DNA from: Eledone cirrhosa
Lineage: Eukaryota
DNA length: 64,000 bases
Assembly (NCBI GenBank): GCA_964016885.1
Contig: OZ024747.1
Span: 18,290,001 to 18,354,000 of the forward strand
Reading direction: 5' to 3'
In this document: piece after piece, positions 47,926 through 62,159 of the stretch
How the letters are laid out: every line of letters starts with the position of its first letter
Position numbering within the stretch: position 1 is the stretch's first letter
Position numbers and translations under genes: made by a program
Notes under the pieces: model-generated
Databases searched by the model: none
What the model was told of the DNA's origin: nothing
The model's input: the letters and a program-made list of their open reading frames with translations, nothing else

Positions 47926-50900
47926 TATTACATAAATGGGGAACAAAGTCAAAATATACTTTAAAGTTTAGAGAGAGAAGAAAAGAGAAAATGGATGGGG
48001 GGGGGGGGGGGAGGTTGTATGCTTGCTAGCACAAATATATGAAAGTTTAATTTTAATAATAATAATGTTTGTTAACTTTTACCTTCATTTTAAATATATA
48101 TATATATATATATATAGGAAATATTAATTTAAAATTGCTTTGTAAATATTTATTTTCAAATTGTTTTCAAAATATTTTTTATCTGTGACAAAGCCCACTC
48201 CTTATATCATTTGGTAATTCTTCATTATTATTACCATTGTTAAAGTACTAGTAATGCACTGGGGGCAATTTAATTGACTCTTACCTCCCTCAAAAACTGT
48301 TGGCCTAGTGCTTAAATCAGAAACCATTATTATTATTGTTATTATGGCAATGGGTTGGCAGAATTATTAGATCAGGCAAAAAATACCTTGAGGTATTTGT
48401 TCTGGCTCTTTATGTTCTGAATTCAAATCTCACTAAAGTCAACTTTGCCTTTCATCCTTTTAGGTTCAATAAAATATAATACCAGTTACTTACTCCGCCT
48501 CTCAAACTGCTGGTCTTGTGCCAAAATTAGAAATCTTTAGTGAGTTCAGTTCTTGGACTGGCAGCGCTTTTTATCCTTGAACAAGACATTTTATTTTCAC
48601 ATTGCTCCAGTCCACTTAGTTGGAAAGAATTAGTTGAGCCTGTAATTTGAGGGCTGTCGATTGGCAGAATCATTAGTGTGTTGGACGAACATGTCTAATA
48701 TATTCATTCCAGCTCTATTACATTCTGAGTTCAAATCCTGCCAGGATCAACTTTGCCTTTCATCCTTCCAAGGTCGATAAAATAAAGTACCAGTCAAGTA
48801 CTGAGGTCAATTAAATTGACTACCTCCTTCAACTGGCCTTGTGCCTATGTCGATACAATTATTATTATTTTTATTTTTTTGCCACTCTAAGAATTTAGAA
48901 TGCTTTTCACATAAATATTTCTGCCCCTAAAACTCTTTGCCTAGATTTAAAAAAAAACAACAAAACAAAACAAAACAAAACAAAACAAAAAAATAATTTA
49001 ATTATCAGATGCTAATAAGGATATGAAGTTAAATACATAACAAAAAGAATCTTATTCTCCCTCCCCTGTCTAGAGTGCAATCAAAAGCAAAAAAAAAAAA
49101 AAATAGGCTTATTGACAATTATAAAATTTATTATTTCATTTTTGTTTTCATCATTCTTTTTTTTTTAAATAAAAACGTATTTTTGTAATTAAAACAAAAA
49201 TAAGCTTAATTTTCTCGTTTTATTTTTGTATAAATACATTTTTCAAAACATGTGGTATTTATTCTTTATTTTCTTTGTTTTTTTAAAAATATATTTAATC
49301 TATGCTTTATTGGTTGTTGTTGTTGTTTAGCCCAGTTCAATGTTCAACTAGCACATTCACTGGAAGGCCAGTCAGGTCAGGGCATTCACTGGAAGTTTAA
49401 TGTAAAGATAGAAGTTTACTAATACTATGTCTCAGTCTATTTTGATAAATGATAATTGTTGTGACAACAACCCTCGAGTTCCAGCAATAGCGTAGCTAGT
49501 AGGGTGTGAGGCAGTCTGTTCCTGGTGGCACTTTTGGTCAACTGCATTGAAAGTAAAAGTCAGTGTAGGGTGAGTTGCAGTGGCATATTGCTGGGGGTGA
49601 ATGGGAGGTGCAGCTGTATCTCCCAAAAAACTCTTGTCGGAAAATTCAGTCATTGACTCCAAAAGGATGAAAGGGGAAATTGAATTCAGAGTGCAGAGAG
49701 CTGGATCAAATACTGCAATAGAGTTTGTCTTAGACTAAAAAATGATCGGAGCTATACTGCTAAGTTCTGGAAGTTTTATATTCTACTGAGCTGGTTTTCA
49801 TTTATGACACTGTCAAAGAGTGGTAGTGTAATTTCCAAACATAGAAGAATGACCTAAGAATCAAAAGCATTCAGACTAAAATATTTATTTACTCTTCACA
49901 TCCTGTAATGAATTACCAGAAAATATCTAAAGACAGGTTTGTTAATTCAAATTTGTATAGTATCTTTACTAGTGGACAAATCACTGTGAAAATTTATAGT
50001 ATTAAAGTAAAGACTAGATTTTAATGTGATGCTGTCATAGTGCTGTTTTGTACTTTTCAAGAATGTCTTGTTAATGCGATTTCATATAGTACAGGAGCTT
50101 AAGAGTTAATAACAGAAAGCAGAATATCCCAGTACCATTTGGAAGTTATCTTTGCTCAATATATAGAAAAGGTGTAAGAAAAGACTCAATATAATGTGCT
50201 TAATGCAAGCTGTGTTCATACAAAAGGTGGAGGAATATCTCTTAGTCTAGCACAAAATATTTTTCAATATTTGTTCCAGCTTTCTGCACTCTGAGTCAAA
50301 AAAATAAAATACTAGTCCAGAATAGTGAATTGGTGGAATTGTTAGTGTTGGGCAAGATGTCCTACAGTATTTCATTTAACTGTTTGCATTCTGAGTTCAA
50401 ATCTCCCAATGTGGCCTATTTGGGTGGTAGAATTAATTTGTTGCTCATTTTAAAACCACTATCTGATCGTTGAATGCTTTTAGTGGAATGCACCTTGTTG
50501 CAAGTATTCAAGTCAAGTTTTTTGTTTCAGGATGCCTCTCTCTCTCTCTAACAATCTCAGAAACCCTGAAAGACTTAATGACACTGCTCTTCCCTCTCTG
50601 ACTAAAACAGTAAAAAAAAAAAACGATAAAGTAATTGAAAAGAATTTAGCACTGTTTCATTAATGTAAACTCTAGGTGTGCAAAGATGTAGTAAGACCTC
50701 CGAAAGATTGTTAGATAATCTGGATATTAGGCATGCTGTTTGTACAGAAGTTTCTAGAAGGTTAAATAGAATGTTTTGCTGTATTCGTTCTAGCTCTCGA
50801 GTTCAAATCATACTAAGGTCAACTTTGCCTTCCATCCTTTTGGGGGTCAGTGAAATAAAGTGCCAGTCCAATACTGGAGTTGATTCTGCCTTTATATATC

Positions 50901-51365
50901 TCTTATTTCCTTTCTTTCACTCTCTCCTTCCTGGAAGAAATTGAATGTGTGTTCAAACCTGGAGAAGGATGAACTCCACAAGATTTTAAATGGATCTGGG
51001 TATATATGAGTGTGTGCTGAAGTGAAATGCATCTAGTGCTCTTAACCTAATGCTGAGGTAACTGTGACTTGTTCACAGCTTAAATACCCACAGTGAGACT
51101 GAATATTTGTTTATTAAAAGTAAACATTATTATATATGGATTCACCTACTCCTTTATCATGAATTATGCTATGTTAGTGCTATCACTAATATATCATTTT
51201 ACTTAGCTACTGGTTTTAGTCATTGGACTGCAGTCATGCTGGGACAGTACTTTAATGGGATTTTGTTGATCAGATTGACCCTGATACTTATTTTATCGAT
51301 ATCTTTTTGTTGAACTGCCAAATTCTGGGACATAAACAAACTGTAAACATCAACACACACATATA

Positions 51366-51819
51366 CAAGGTGGATGGAAAGAAACTCACCATTGAAAATT
51401 ACTTATAACTTTTGGCATACAGTGACCACTTAGGATAACATCAATGACCTTGTTTCCATACACATTTTGCATGCACTATCTGTGAGTGGCTTGATGTCCC
51501 ATTTCCAAGACATTGGTTGGGTTGTTGATGTCCACATGAATGACCAGCAAGAATCCCCATGAGGTTGGGTGAAGGAAGTTTATAGCTCAAAACCAAAAAC
51601 TCTGACTCAATTGGAAGAATGCATTTGTCATGTACTTAACAATATACCACCTGTGTTCCTGATGAAGTCAGTTGATGATATACCCAGACTATTACAAACT
51701 CATGGATAATATTGTTGGCTGTATTGTATTTTAACATTGTGCTGTATTATACTGTACTGTACTATTATTAATAAAGTTATTAACAATTTTAAATGGGGAG
51801 TTTCTTTTCACCCACCCTG
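51366..51819 (+). mobile_element. Internally deleted Tc1/mariner-superfamily element
   Basis: TA TSD, about 47-bp imperfect TIRs (CAGGGTGGGTGAAAAGAAACTC..), transposase C-terminal remnant WVKEVYSSKPKTLTQLEECI..IP. Confidence 0.78.
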
Positions 51820-53556
51820 TATATATACACACATATATATGTGACTGGCTTCTGCAGTATCCATCTGCCAAATTTCACTCACAACACATTGATTAACCTG
51901 AGACTATGGTAGGAGACACTTGACCAAGGTACCAATTAATGATATAACTGAACTTTACATCACATTATACAAAGCAAACTTGCTGTTGTTATTTAGCCCT
52001 AGTTCCAAGTGAGTGGATTAAACAGACTTATGATCAAAGGTATTTCACATGTGACAATACATTTTTTTCTTTTTTTTTTACAATTTTTCAAACATTGAGC
52101 GATGTGGTCTTAGATACAATGTGTCCTCTTTTTTTGTTATAGATGCTTGAGTCTGATATGAGGGAGATTTGGCTGCTACTTCTAGCAAGCTGAACGTTCA
52201 TTTAACTCGAATTTATTTCATAATCATAGGAAGTTGATTTCTTATAGTTATGCTATTTAGGATTGCACTCTACATAATGGAAAAGGTGTAAAATTGGCAA
52301 AACCATTTGACCGTCGAATGCATTAGAGTTTTGAGGTCTTTTTTCTGGTTCGTTATGTTTTAGGTTCAAATCCTGCCTAGTTTGATTTTGGTTTTCATTC
52401 TTCTAGAACCAATAAAATAATCAGTTCAGAGTGGTAGATTGGCAGAATTATTAGAGCATTGGACAAAATAATTCACAGTATTTGTTTTGTGTCTTTACAT
52501 TCTGAGTGCTGCCGATGAGATGGTGTCTTGTATAAAAATAAAAAAGATAGGAATACTCGCCCTTGTCTGAAATAAGCAACTGGAAACCACCTTTGTATTC
52601 TCCTCCAAAAATTCTATGACAAATAAATAGTGTTAGTCAATGAAGTCACCAGATGTCATCCATCGACCTGATGGTGCAGAAAGAATAATACATATACATG
52701 AAGATGGATGTTTGTATAAAAAATGCTCATGTCCTCTACGTAGAACAGATGACAACATTGTTTATATAAACATATAATATAATATCAGTTTAAAATATAA
52801 ACAAATACTGAAACCGTTAATACAAACAAACAAAAGCCTTATACATTCTTTCACACTTTATATCACCTAAATTTCAAATTTTATCTAAAGTATAGAAAAA
52901 CTTCGTTTTTGTATTTGTTTTGCAAGATTTGTAGCCATGCTATTACACATGGTAGTGTTTCGAGTTTGTTGGCTCAACTAAAAAATTATTAGAGGGAAAC
53001 TCCAGCACTCCTTGTTGTGGCATGTGATTGAGTATGAGTGTTTTCTCTTCTTGTCTTTCTCTTATTTATTTGTAAACATTCTAATAAAAATAAAAAAATG
53101 TTCAACAAGTTCAAACCTCTATGTGGACAGAGCTCTCTGTTTTCCTTCCAGTTAATCTAACTATTGTTGTTTAGTCCAAGATCAGCCTTCACCAAGCAGA
53201 CCTATGATTGGCCATTACCATACCGTTCTTTTCTCGGGTATTATGTACAAAGGACTACATTGTACAATATATCCTGAAAAAGATTTGGCTACTATTTCTA
53301 ATGACTACAAAGAAAGCCATCTTGTGGGCTCAAGTTCATCTAGCTCTCGAGGAATACCTGTCAGAACGGCTGTAAATATTACTTGTGATTGTAATGTATT
53401 CTGAATGTATCCTTATCGCGAGAACCTTTTAGATCAAAAGTTCTCAACGGGGGGCATATGCACCCCCGGGGGCGTTTCGGAACTCCGAGGGGGGGGGGGC
53501 GTTTGGAGCTTTGGGGGCACTGGAATGCTCTTTACTTTGGTAAGTTTTATAAGCCA

Positions 53557-54231
53557 CTAGCAGTGGTACGTGGCGTTGCACGGGATAAGGTATTTTGGAA
53601 CACAGGCCGCCAACAGACCTAATCGTGGAAAAACTGCAAGCCTGGACAATATGTAAAGAAAATAAACCAAATACTCTGATGGCTGGATAATTTTTAAGAT
53701 TTTCCTCGATGAAGCAGGAAAATAGGGGATCAAGAAAATAATTTTTTATTATGTGCATAATATGCCTTGAAATTTCGGGAAAATCGGCTAGACGTAACGC
53801 CTCCAAAAAGCCCTAAAAAGCTGAAAAAATGAAGTTTTTCACCTAATGCGGGCCCTAGGCCATAAAAAGTTGGATTTTCTTTTCTCACGGTATGAAGAAG
53901 AGACTGACTAATACATAGTTACAATTTCAAGGAAATCAGTCTGAAAAAACGCCTCAAAAAACCCATAAAAGCTTAAAAAACGCAGTTTTTCACCTAATGC
54001 GGGCGGTAGGAGATCAAAAAGTTGGATTTTATGTGCATAACACTCCCTGAAACATAAGTTATACACATGTAAAGTTTGAAAAAAATCGGTTGGATACTTC
54101 TCGAGTTTTAGAGATTCAAACTCACACACACACACACAGACATCCTCAGGGAAGTGACGTAATGCAGACTTAATGATTCAAACTCACACACACAGACAGA
54201 CAAGACATCCTCAGTTTTATATATATAGAGA
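53557..54231 (-). mobile_element. Non-autonomous Helitron nested in the hAT element
   Basis: Minus strand A|TCTCTATATATATAAAAC..(TGTC)n ... CCCGTGCAACGCCACG..GCTAG|T; A/T insertion site, no TSD. Confidence 0.78.
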
Positions 54232-54544
54232 TATTTGTATGTCTTTGAGACAGCCAGTGTGAATGCATTTGAATAAGCATGCAGACAGCATAACTATGGT
54301 CTGACCGCAGCTGTGAGCAGGTATGTCTAGACATTAACCGGTAATTGAGATCCTAACAATCAGTCAACTGGGTCAAAGACACTTTGAGCGCAACCAGTTA
54401 GAATATTGTCTTTCCTTCACCGATAACAATGTATTTCATGTCTGAAATTATTGACTCAACCGTAACGAGTTAACACTATGTAGATCTATTTTATTCCCTA
54501 TTGTATAAATAATATTACAAATAAAAAATTAAAAAAAACACACA

Positions 54545-54905
54545 GAAGCGGGTAGCACACACATCTAGGACCACATACCACACATAATCAGATAATACAC
54601 TCATCTAGGACCACATACAACACACACGCAGGTAATACATACATTTAGGACCACATACAACACATAAGCAGGTAATACAAACATCTAGGACCACATACAA
54701 CACATAATCAGATAATACATACATCTAGGACCACATACAACACACAAGGAGGTAATACACACATCTAGGACCACATACAACACAAGCAGGTAATACATAC
54801 AGCTGGGACCACATGCAATACATAAGCAGGTAATACATACATCTAGGACTACCTACAACACACAGGCAGGTAATACATACATCTAGGACCAAATACAACA
54901 CACAT
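54545..54905. repeat. About 39-bp minisatellite (ACATCTAGGACCACATACAACACATAAGCAGGTAATAC), about 9 copies
   Basis: Directly visible array. Confidence 0.9.
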
Positions 54906-55954
54906 TGTATCATGTGCTACGGACAACGCAAGAGCAATGGTCGGTCAACATAAGGGTTTCGTCACTCTTCTGAAGAGAGAAAATCTATCTGTATTTGTTG
55001 TTCATTGTGTCATTCATCGACAACACTTGGCTGCGAAGAAACTCAGCAAGCCGCTGAGAAAGTCCTTGATGTCATCAATTTTATCAAACGGCATTCCCTC
55101 AATGAACAAATTTTCCGGCAACTGTGCCAAGATAATGACGAAGAATTCGTCAAGTTGCTCCTTCATAATGAAGTGAGGTGGCTTTCAAAGGGCAAGTGCC
55201 TTACTCACTTCTTTGAACTGTTCGACTCTATCATGAGTTTCTGCGAGGACGCAACACAGAACTGTACAAGAAAACCCTCGATGTGAGGCAAAACTGCGCC
55301 AACCTTACCGATATCTTTGACAAATGCAATAGCGTCATTTTTGGCTTTGCAGGGGAAGAAGATCACCTTGCTTAAAGCAAGGAATGCTGTGAAAACATTC
55401 CTGGTCAAATTGAATGTCATCGAAAGGAATCTTTGTTGACAGGAATTCTATAATGTTCCTAGTGTCGCCAATGTTCAAAACATTGTAAGCGATGACCAAC
55501 TCCAAATTTATACCGCTCACCTCCGTGCGCTACAAGACAACATGAGAGAACGGTTTGTCGATCTTTTGCCGATGGACATCCCAATGTGAGTAGCAGATCC
55601 TTTCATAGCTAACATCGATGATTTGGATGTTATATTTCAGGAAGAATTCATTGAACTTCAAGCAGATGACATGATCAAAATTAGATTTCCCCAAATAGGT
55701 GAACCCCTTTTTTGGATGCAAGAGGAAATTCAGCGTCGATTTCCACACCTACATGCAAAGGCTAAGAGATTTGCTCTGCTTTTTCCAAGCTCATACTTAG
55801 TCAAGAGGAAGTTTGGTGCTGTTTCCTGATGCACAGTAAGGCTCGCAACCGCTACAATGTAATTACATGTGGAGATCTCCGGCTACATCTTACGAAAATC
55901 CAGCCTGACGTCAAAGAGTTAGCTAGACTCCATAAAGTTCAAGGGTCCCATTGA
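54906..55954 (+). pseudogene. Buster-type hAT transposase pseudogene (C-terminal half)
   Basis: CATDNARAMVG, HCVIHRQHLAAK, VRWLSKG, FPSSYLV, GDLRL..QGSH*; frameshifts and stops. Confidence 0.9.
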
Positions 55955-58900
55955 AATGAGGTCAAAGTTAAAGTAAGTTGATTTATCCGAAAACTTAGAT
56001 ATGCTATTGTTACAAAGCAAACTAACAATTTTTTTTATTTGTAGTTGCAGTCTGACTGGACTGGAAACCATCTACTACAATTCACTTACTCATTTGTTGT
56101 ATATATTTTACCATTTCCTAATAAATATACACTCCCGCGTGGTCATGAAACCCCTCTTCCGTGGTCTCTAAGCTCACAAAGCAGAGGGGACATCAAGTTA
56201 GATATCAACATTTATTCTGTCCGTTTCATTAAAGGGAAAATTGGAAAGCTTTGAAATGATATAATTGCCACTTTCTTCCAGATAAGAGCACTCTTTGGAT
56301 AGACAGAGTTGCTCTTGTATAAATGTTCAAAATAGCTGGTATCGCCTGGTGGGAATATAACAAATTCAACTGGTCCTTATTCATAAAAAAGAACATTTAT
56401 GTTCCTTTTTTTGAAATTTATATATTTCCTTTCAAGGAATGTATTTATACTCTCAGCTGCCTGCAATGGTATCTTTGGAATGTTGTTAATCAATTTTTTA
56501 GTAATCTACTGATATCAATATCAGTAGTATATTGAAAAATGGAAAAATAGGGTGGGGTGGGGTCGTGATTTCGAGGGACAAAAAGGGGCGTTTGGCCGAA
56601 ATGGGTTGAGAACCTGTGTTTTAGATGACTGATTTTTTGTTTTCGTTGTTCTTGAGTTATGTAAAGGAGAGATAAATATGTAGCAAATGTGGATTTTTTG
56701 GTTGTAGAGATAGCATGTATTGCCAATGTGGCGATAGACGTTACCAATATAGATATGAAAGTTATTGGTGAATAGAATTGATATTTGTCCATTGTTCGGT
56801 AGTTTGTGTTAATTATGGCGTGACAGGTTTTGTAGTAGTAATTATTGTTGGCTTGATGAGTGATTAGCATAATATAAAATTGTCCCATATATAAGCACTG
56901 TGTGAAATGCTGATGAATGAACAAATAAAACATGATCGCTACTAAAATATATTTATATATTTAACAGCCTGCTACGAGGCTATCATTGACAGTGTAATGA
57001 AAATAAGGCTTATGTTGTGGTGTATGCAATGATTCAAAAGATGGTATGTACCGCACTTCTGTAATGTGATGATAGTCGTTTGTTTGGTAGAGAGAAAGAG
57101 ACCCACAGTTGTCTGTTTGAGACAGTGGACTATATTTTAAATGTTTGGAATCGACGCTACAACTGCTTACTTTGACTCTGTGCTAAGTCGTAGACATATT
57201 AACGACTAAAAAACGATTCACAATAGAAACCTATCTGTGAAGCCATAGGTCTTTTTGGTGGACACTTGATAGTGCGAAAGAAACTCTATTGAAGAGATTA
57301 TCAAATTACTGCTACACGTATTCTGCTGGGGTATAGTACATTAGTCTATCTCAAACAACATTCCCATATGACATCATGCTTGTTACCAACACCCAATTGA
57401 ACTAAATCATTTAAAATTAACTGTGTTGTCCAAATATAGAATAAGAGGCACTCAAAATAAAATCGAAGCCACATATAAAGTCTAACTAATTACTTGGAAA
57501 ATAAATGAACTTCTACATCACAACAGTCTAGAGGAAGTTTATTTATCTATTTGTTTATTAGATATGTTTTATTATTCACAGTTGTATCTATAACATTACA
57601 AATTGTTTATAATTCTTTCAGAATGAAAATATAAACATATAATAAATACAATTAATTATTGCTAGGAACCTCACAAATACAATTCCCAAAAATATAGGAT
57701 CAAACAGAGAGAGAAGGAAAGGGAAAGAAAACAACAACAATCAAGCAAAAACAACCATCAATTCACCCGCTAGGTGCAACAATCGGTCGCACAACACAAT
57801 GGTCAACGGAAAATGTTGAGGCAAGCCAACACGCTCGCTGCATTACCGTAGTGATTGATCAATACATTTTGGCAAGTAAACATCTAATCATATTATCAAA
57901 AAAGAAGATAATCGTGTCTTTCTTAAGTATTGTAAAGTATTGTAAATAAAAGAAAAGCTTATTCGAAAGACAAGTAGAAAATGATCTGACTTATTCAATA
58001 CGCAGGAATTTTTTCGAAATCTTAAATTCCTGCTACGTGTGTTTACTAGACAATGAAATAGGAAATCAAGGGAGATAAGTCTCATTTGCTTCACTTCAAC
58101 GGAGAATTTCATACAGCGCTCTTATTGTCAATCTATCTTTATCAACACTAGACACTATGTGCGAAGCTCAGATCTCAAACTTGCCAAATAAGGTAATTAA
58201 ATCACATTATTATTATCATCATTTTTTTTTCAACAGTTTCATGCAATCTTCTGCACAACCAGGTACACTTCTGTGTTCTTGAGGTGTGTGCAGCATTATT
58301 TGTAGGATGGTGGTGTAGAATTGTGTTTGTATACATGTGGGACTTCTATTGTTGTTTCTATAAATGTTTCGTCTGTTTGTTGTGTAGAATATGTGAGATG
58401 TGCTTGGATGGTAATTGTGCTTTATTATGTGTGTTGTTGTGTTTACAGCATCTAGTGGTTATTGTACAAAGCAGTTATTCTTCACCTTTGTGCTTCATAT
58501 ACCCATTACGATACTCTCCAAAATTGTGATGCCCCGCTCACTATAAAAAAAAGTTGTTTGATATTAAAACGATATAATATCTTCTCTGCCCATTCAAATT
58601 GTTCCCCGTGGTGCGTTCACCCGACGTTCAGAATTATTTATATAAGAGTATGTATCAATAAATTGCCAACTTTATTTGCAATTAGAAATGTGTAATATAT
58701 TTATTTAAAAAACAAAACAAAAAAACAACAACAGCATTGATAAATACAGCAAAAGGGGGAAGAAAATAACTTTTCATTGCCAGCTGATCCCAAATAATCT
58801 AATTTATTCTTTCAAGAATATGTATTGTATTGTGCACCGGTCGATTGGCAGAATTGTTAAATCTTATGCAGTATTTATTCCCTGCTCTTGAGGACCTGAG

Positions 58901-59146
58901 CTTAACTTTACCAATCATCTTTATGAGGTCGATAAAATAAAGTACCGGTTAAGTATTGCGATCGATTTACTTGACTAGTTCCTTCCCCTAAAACGCATGG
59001 CCTTGTGCCTATGTTAGAAACAATTATTTATCATCAACAAAGAAAACATTATGTTAGAAATGATTGTGCCTAAATAGAAACAATTATTATCCTTTAATTA
59101 TTTCGTGAGTATGGAAATTATGAAGTTTTGACATCAAAACGTAAAA

Positions 59147-59241
59147 TTCCGCAAGGAGTTTTTTATGAACATTAATTAATGGCATTATATTGAGAAAATA
59201 TAATGCCATTAATTAATGTTCACAAAAAACTCCTTGCGGAA
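59147..59241. repeat. Near-perfect palindrome (45-bp arms, 5-nt loop)
   Basis: 59147-59191 vs 59197-59241, one mismatch. Confidence 0.9.
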
Positions 59242-60599
59242 ATCCCGCCGAGATTAACTAAAATGTCTTTTCGAACTAAAATAAACTGAAATTGTGCAAG
59301 GAACATTTTCATGTTTCTAAACGATTAAAACGCACGTTTTTCAGTACTGAATTATCTACCAACTTTTCGAAAATATTAAACTTTTCCATGTAACTATTTG
59401 CATTTTAAGTGTGAGTTGATTACTTTTAAATTTTGTTGCCAAAACTTAAGGTTTAATAATATATGTTTATTCGTATTAATGAGGAAGCCTCTGCATAGTC
59501 ACTGAACTTGCTAGAAGTCGTTGCCAAATTTCTCTTAAATCAACCCTACTGTCTGTTTACATAAAGAAAAAATACATTAGATGATGTGGTAACAGATATA
59601 CAATTAAAATGATGGAGCGCTCATGGCTGGAGTGCTTTTGGTCATAGACATGTTCGGTTAGAGCTGATTTAGAGTCAAACAGCATGTAATCGTGTTCTTT
59701 GGCGAACTATACCCGCACTTTTTATTGCATGAATAAGTAATTGTTTCTACTTTTGGCACAAGGCCAGCATTTATGCAGTACATTACTGGTACTTTATTTT
59801 ATCGACCTCGTAAGGATGAAAGGCAAAGTTAACCTCGGCGGGATTTGAATTCAGATCATAAAGGGACGTAACTATGTTGGAAAGCATGTCCGACCTTCTA
59901 CCGATACTGCCAATTCACCATAGATATAATGCAATAACTGAAAGTATTTCAGTAAGGAAAAATTTGTTTCTGTTGTTTTCATCGTATCCTTCAAGTGCCT
60001 GTCACTATTTCACCTTCAACTACCTTCACTTTTATTAGTGACGAGAGAGATATATTACAAGTAGTTTTAGGTTAGAATTCTATTTTTAATGTTATTGCTT
60101 TTTAATTTATTTTGTATGTTGTTGCTTTTAGAATAGATTTTTAGTTTAGGCACAGTGTCAGCAATTTGAGGAGAGGGAAAGTCATTTAAATCGACTCCGA
60201 TAGTTGACTGTTTCTTTATTTTATCGACAGTGGTGGGATTTTGAACAAATACCTTAATGGCATTTTTCTCCGATTTCTACCAATCCACCAGATTTGGGTT
60301 GTTATTTCTGGCACGCCAAGCGGCCTGGCAGAGGATCTCTTGCAGACTTGTCGAAGGCTCTTGTTAGTTAAATCTTATTTTATGATAGTAAAAAAGTGAA
60401 AGTATATACTGGAAATGATGGTATATCAAACGTTAACCTAATATATACCTTCCGTATACTGTACCGATTGTGTTGTTATTTCTGTTTACCTTTTACATAC
60501 ACATATATATAGGCTTTCATAGAGTAGTGAAATATTTATAAACGGGACGAAGTATGTGGATATTGCAATAATATATGGCATTCCAGTTGTTGTCTTCCT

Positions 60600-62036
60600 G
60601 TTTCTTCTACAACGGTATGCGATGGGGACCACCCACAGCCCCGGCGGACAGAATGGAGAAGGCGTTTCCCCGGAGGACGGCAAGGGAGACGCGCTGGAAA
60701 AGCCACTCCAACTCGCGAGGCTCACACCTGCTGCTGGCCAGCTCAGCGCCTATTGTGGTGAGTAAGGAGGTAGCCCTGGGGCCGAGGACACCAGAAATCT
60801 CCACTGCCAGGGGTACGACCGCAAACCTGTCGGAGAGCGACCGGTATTTGAGGAGTTTGGCCCCCTCAGCCCGACGTGCAGCAGAACCTGGGTCATTCGC
60901 AGACTGCATCAGGTTGCGGCTGCAGAAAGTGTCAGTGCAAGTGATATCCCAGACGAGGGGTTTGCCACCGCAGAACGGGAAGATGGTCATGCCATCTGGC
61001 CTTTTGCCGTCCTCTCGATCAAGCCCCACCGGCTCGGACTGGGAAAGGAAGCCTGCAGCGTCCAAGCCATGCTTAATGATCTCGTTGAGGGCAGCATGGC
61101 GTGGAATGCCGCCGGCACTGTGGCGACAACAAAGCGAGTGGAGGCCGAAAGAGTCCACGGTGGAACCGCAGCGACATTGGTGTGGCTGGCAGATCCGGAG
61201 GCCGAGCCTCAGGGAAACGCCGATGTGCAAGCTATAGTTGTCTAGCTGCGTGCCAGTGGAGGAGGGGGACAGGGCATGGAGCCAAGCACCACTGTGGGGT
61301 TTGGAGGCCGCACGAAAACAAGCAAGGCGGTGCTGGTTGAGCTGGCGTGAGCCTGTCTGAGGTCAGGCTGCACTGGATGGCATCCCAAGTGCGTTGGGGG
61401 GACTTGACGTCAACAGGGGGAGAAGGAGGAGGGACGTCTACTGGGCTAAGTCCCAGTCGGTCCCACGTCTCACAGGCGGCCTCACGTTCTCTGAACGCAG
61501 AGGGTTCTGTTGTGTTTTGAAGAACCCTGCTGACGAGGACGCGGCACGAGGTTACCGACGAAAGATACGCCAGCAAAGCTAGTGAGATCGGGGACCGGAG
61601 GCCAAGGCCGCCATACCTGACAGGTAAAGTGGCTTGTTGCAACCCTATGTCGTCAAACTTGACGTTGCATATCTCCTCGGCTGCTGCTCGGATACAAGTA
61701 TCGAGGTCAGCGAGGAGAGATGTCTGGGTGTAGCACGGAGCGCTGCGGAGTGTATAGAGGAGCTTTGACATGGCGAAGCAGTTCCTCAGCAGAAAGAGAG
61801 CTGGATGTCCGTCAAACAAGCCCAGTCGGCTCGTGAGAGTCTGGAGCTGTTGAAGCCTGGACCTGATGGTGGAGCTGATGGCCGGCGGGTGGATCAGTGA
61901 CCCGAGGATGAGGACATCCTCTTTGGGGGTCACCTGAACCTGGCGGAGAATGGACCGCACGTCCAAGACGGAGGCCGCAAAGCTCGCAGCCTCGAGGCTG
62001 ACATTCACCACCTCCGAGTTGACCTGGAGTACACAC
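60600..62036 (-). mobile_element. CRE-clade non-LTR retrotransposon, 5'-truncated (RT thumb, CCHC knuckle, RLE)
   Basis: QATLPVRYGGLGLRS; CRCGSTVDSFGLHSLCC; RH; KRPDG..WD..KY; QRVSLAVLRGNA; GC-rich island; frameshift near 61300. Confidence 0.85.
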
Positions 62037-62159
62037 ATATGCATTGTTTTTGTATAATTTCATTAGTCCTGTTTTAAAACATGCTCTAACTTTTATTGTA
62101 CCTTCAAGTGATATATTAAATGTTTCTGAAGTACACCGCTTGAAAGTAGTATTTTCAGC

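Larger units (their letters stand above)
53435..56618 (+). mobile_element. hAT (Buster/Charlie-type) DNA transposon
   Basis: 8-bp TSD TTTTAGAT (53427-53434 and 56619-56626, nnnTAnnn), TIRs CAAAAGTTCTCAAC / CACAGGTTCTCAAC. Confidence 0.92.

Noticed and set aside
54545-54905. Possible CRISPR array
   Set aside because: Whole 39-bp units repeat, with no unique spacers.
54906-55954. Domesticated ZBED8/SCAND3-like host gene
   Set aside because: Frameshifts, stops, missing N-terminus and retained TIR/TSD indicate a dead transposon.
58217-58262. Possible small exon of a second gene (polyT-caacag ... cag|gtac)
   Set aside because: Weak donor, no recognisable protein and no partner exons.
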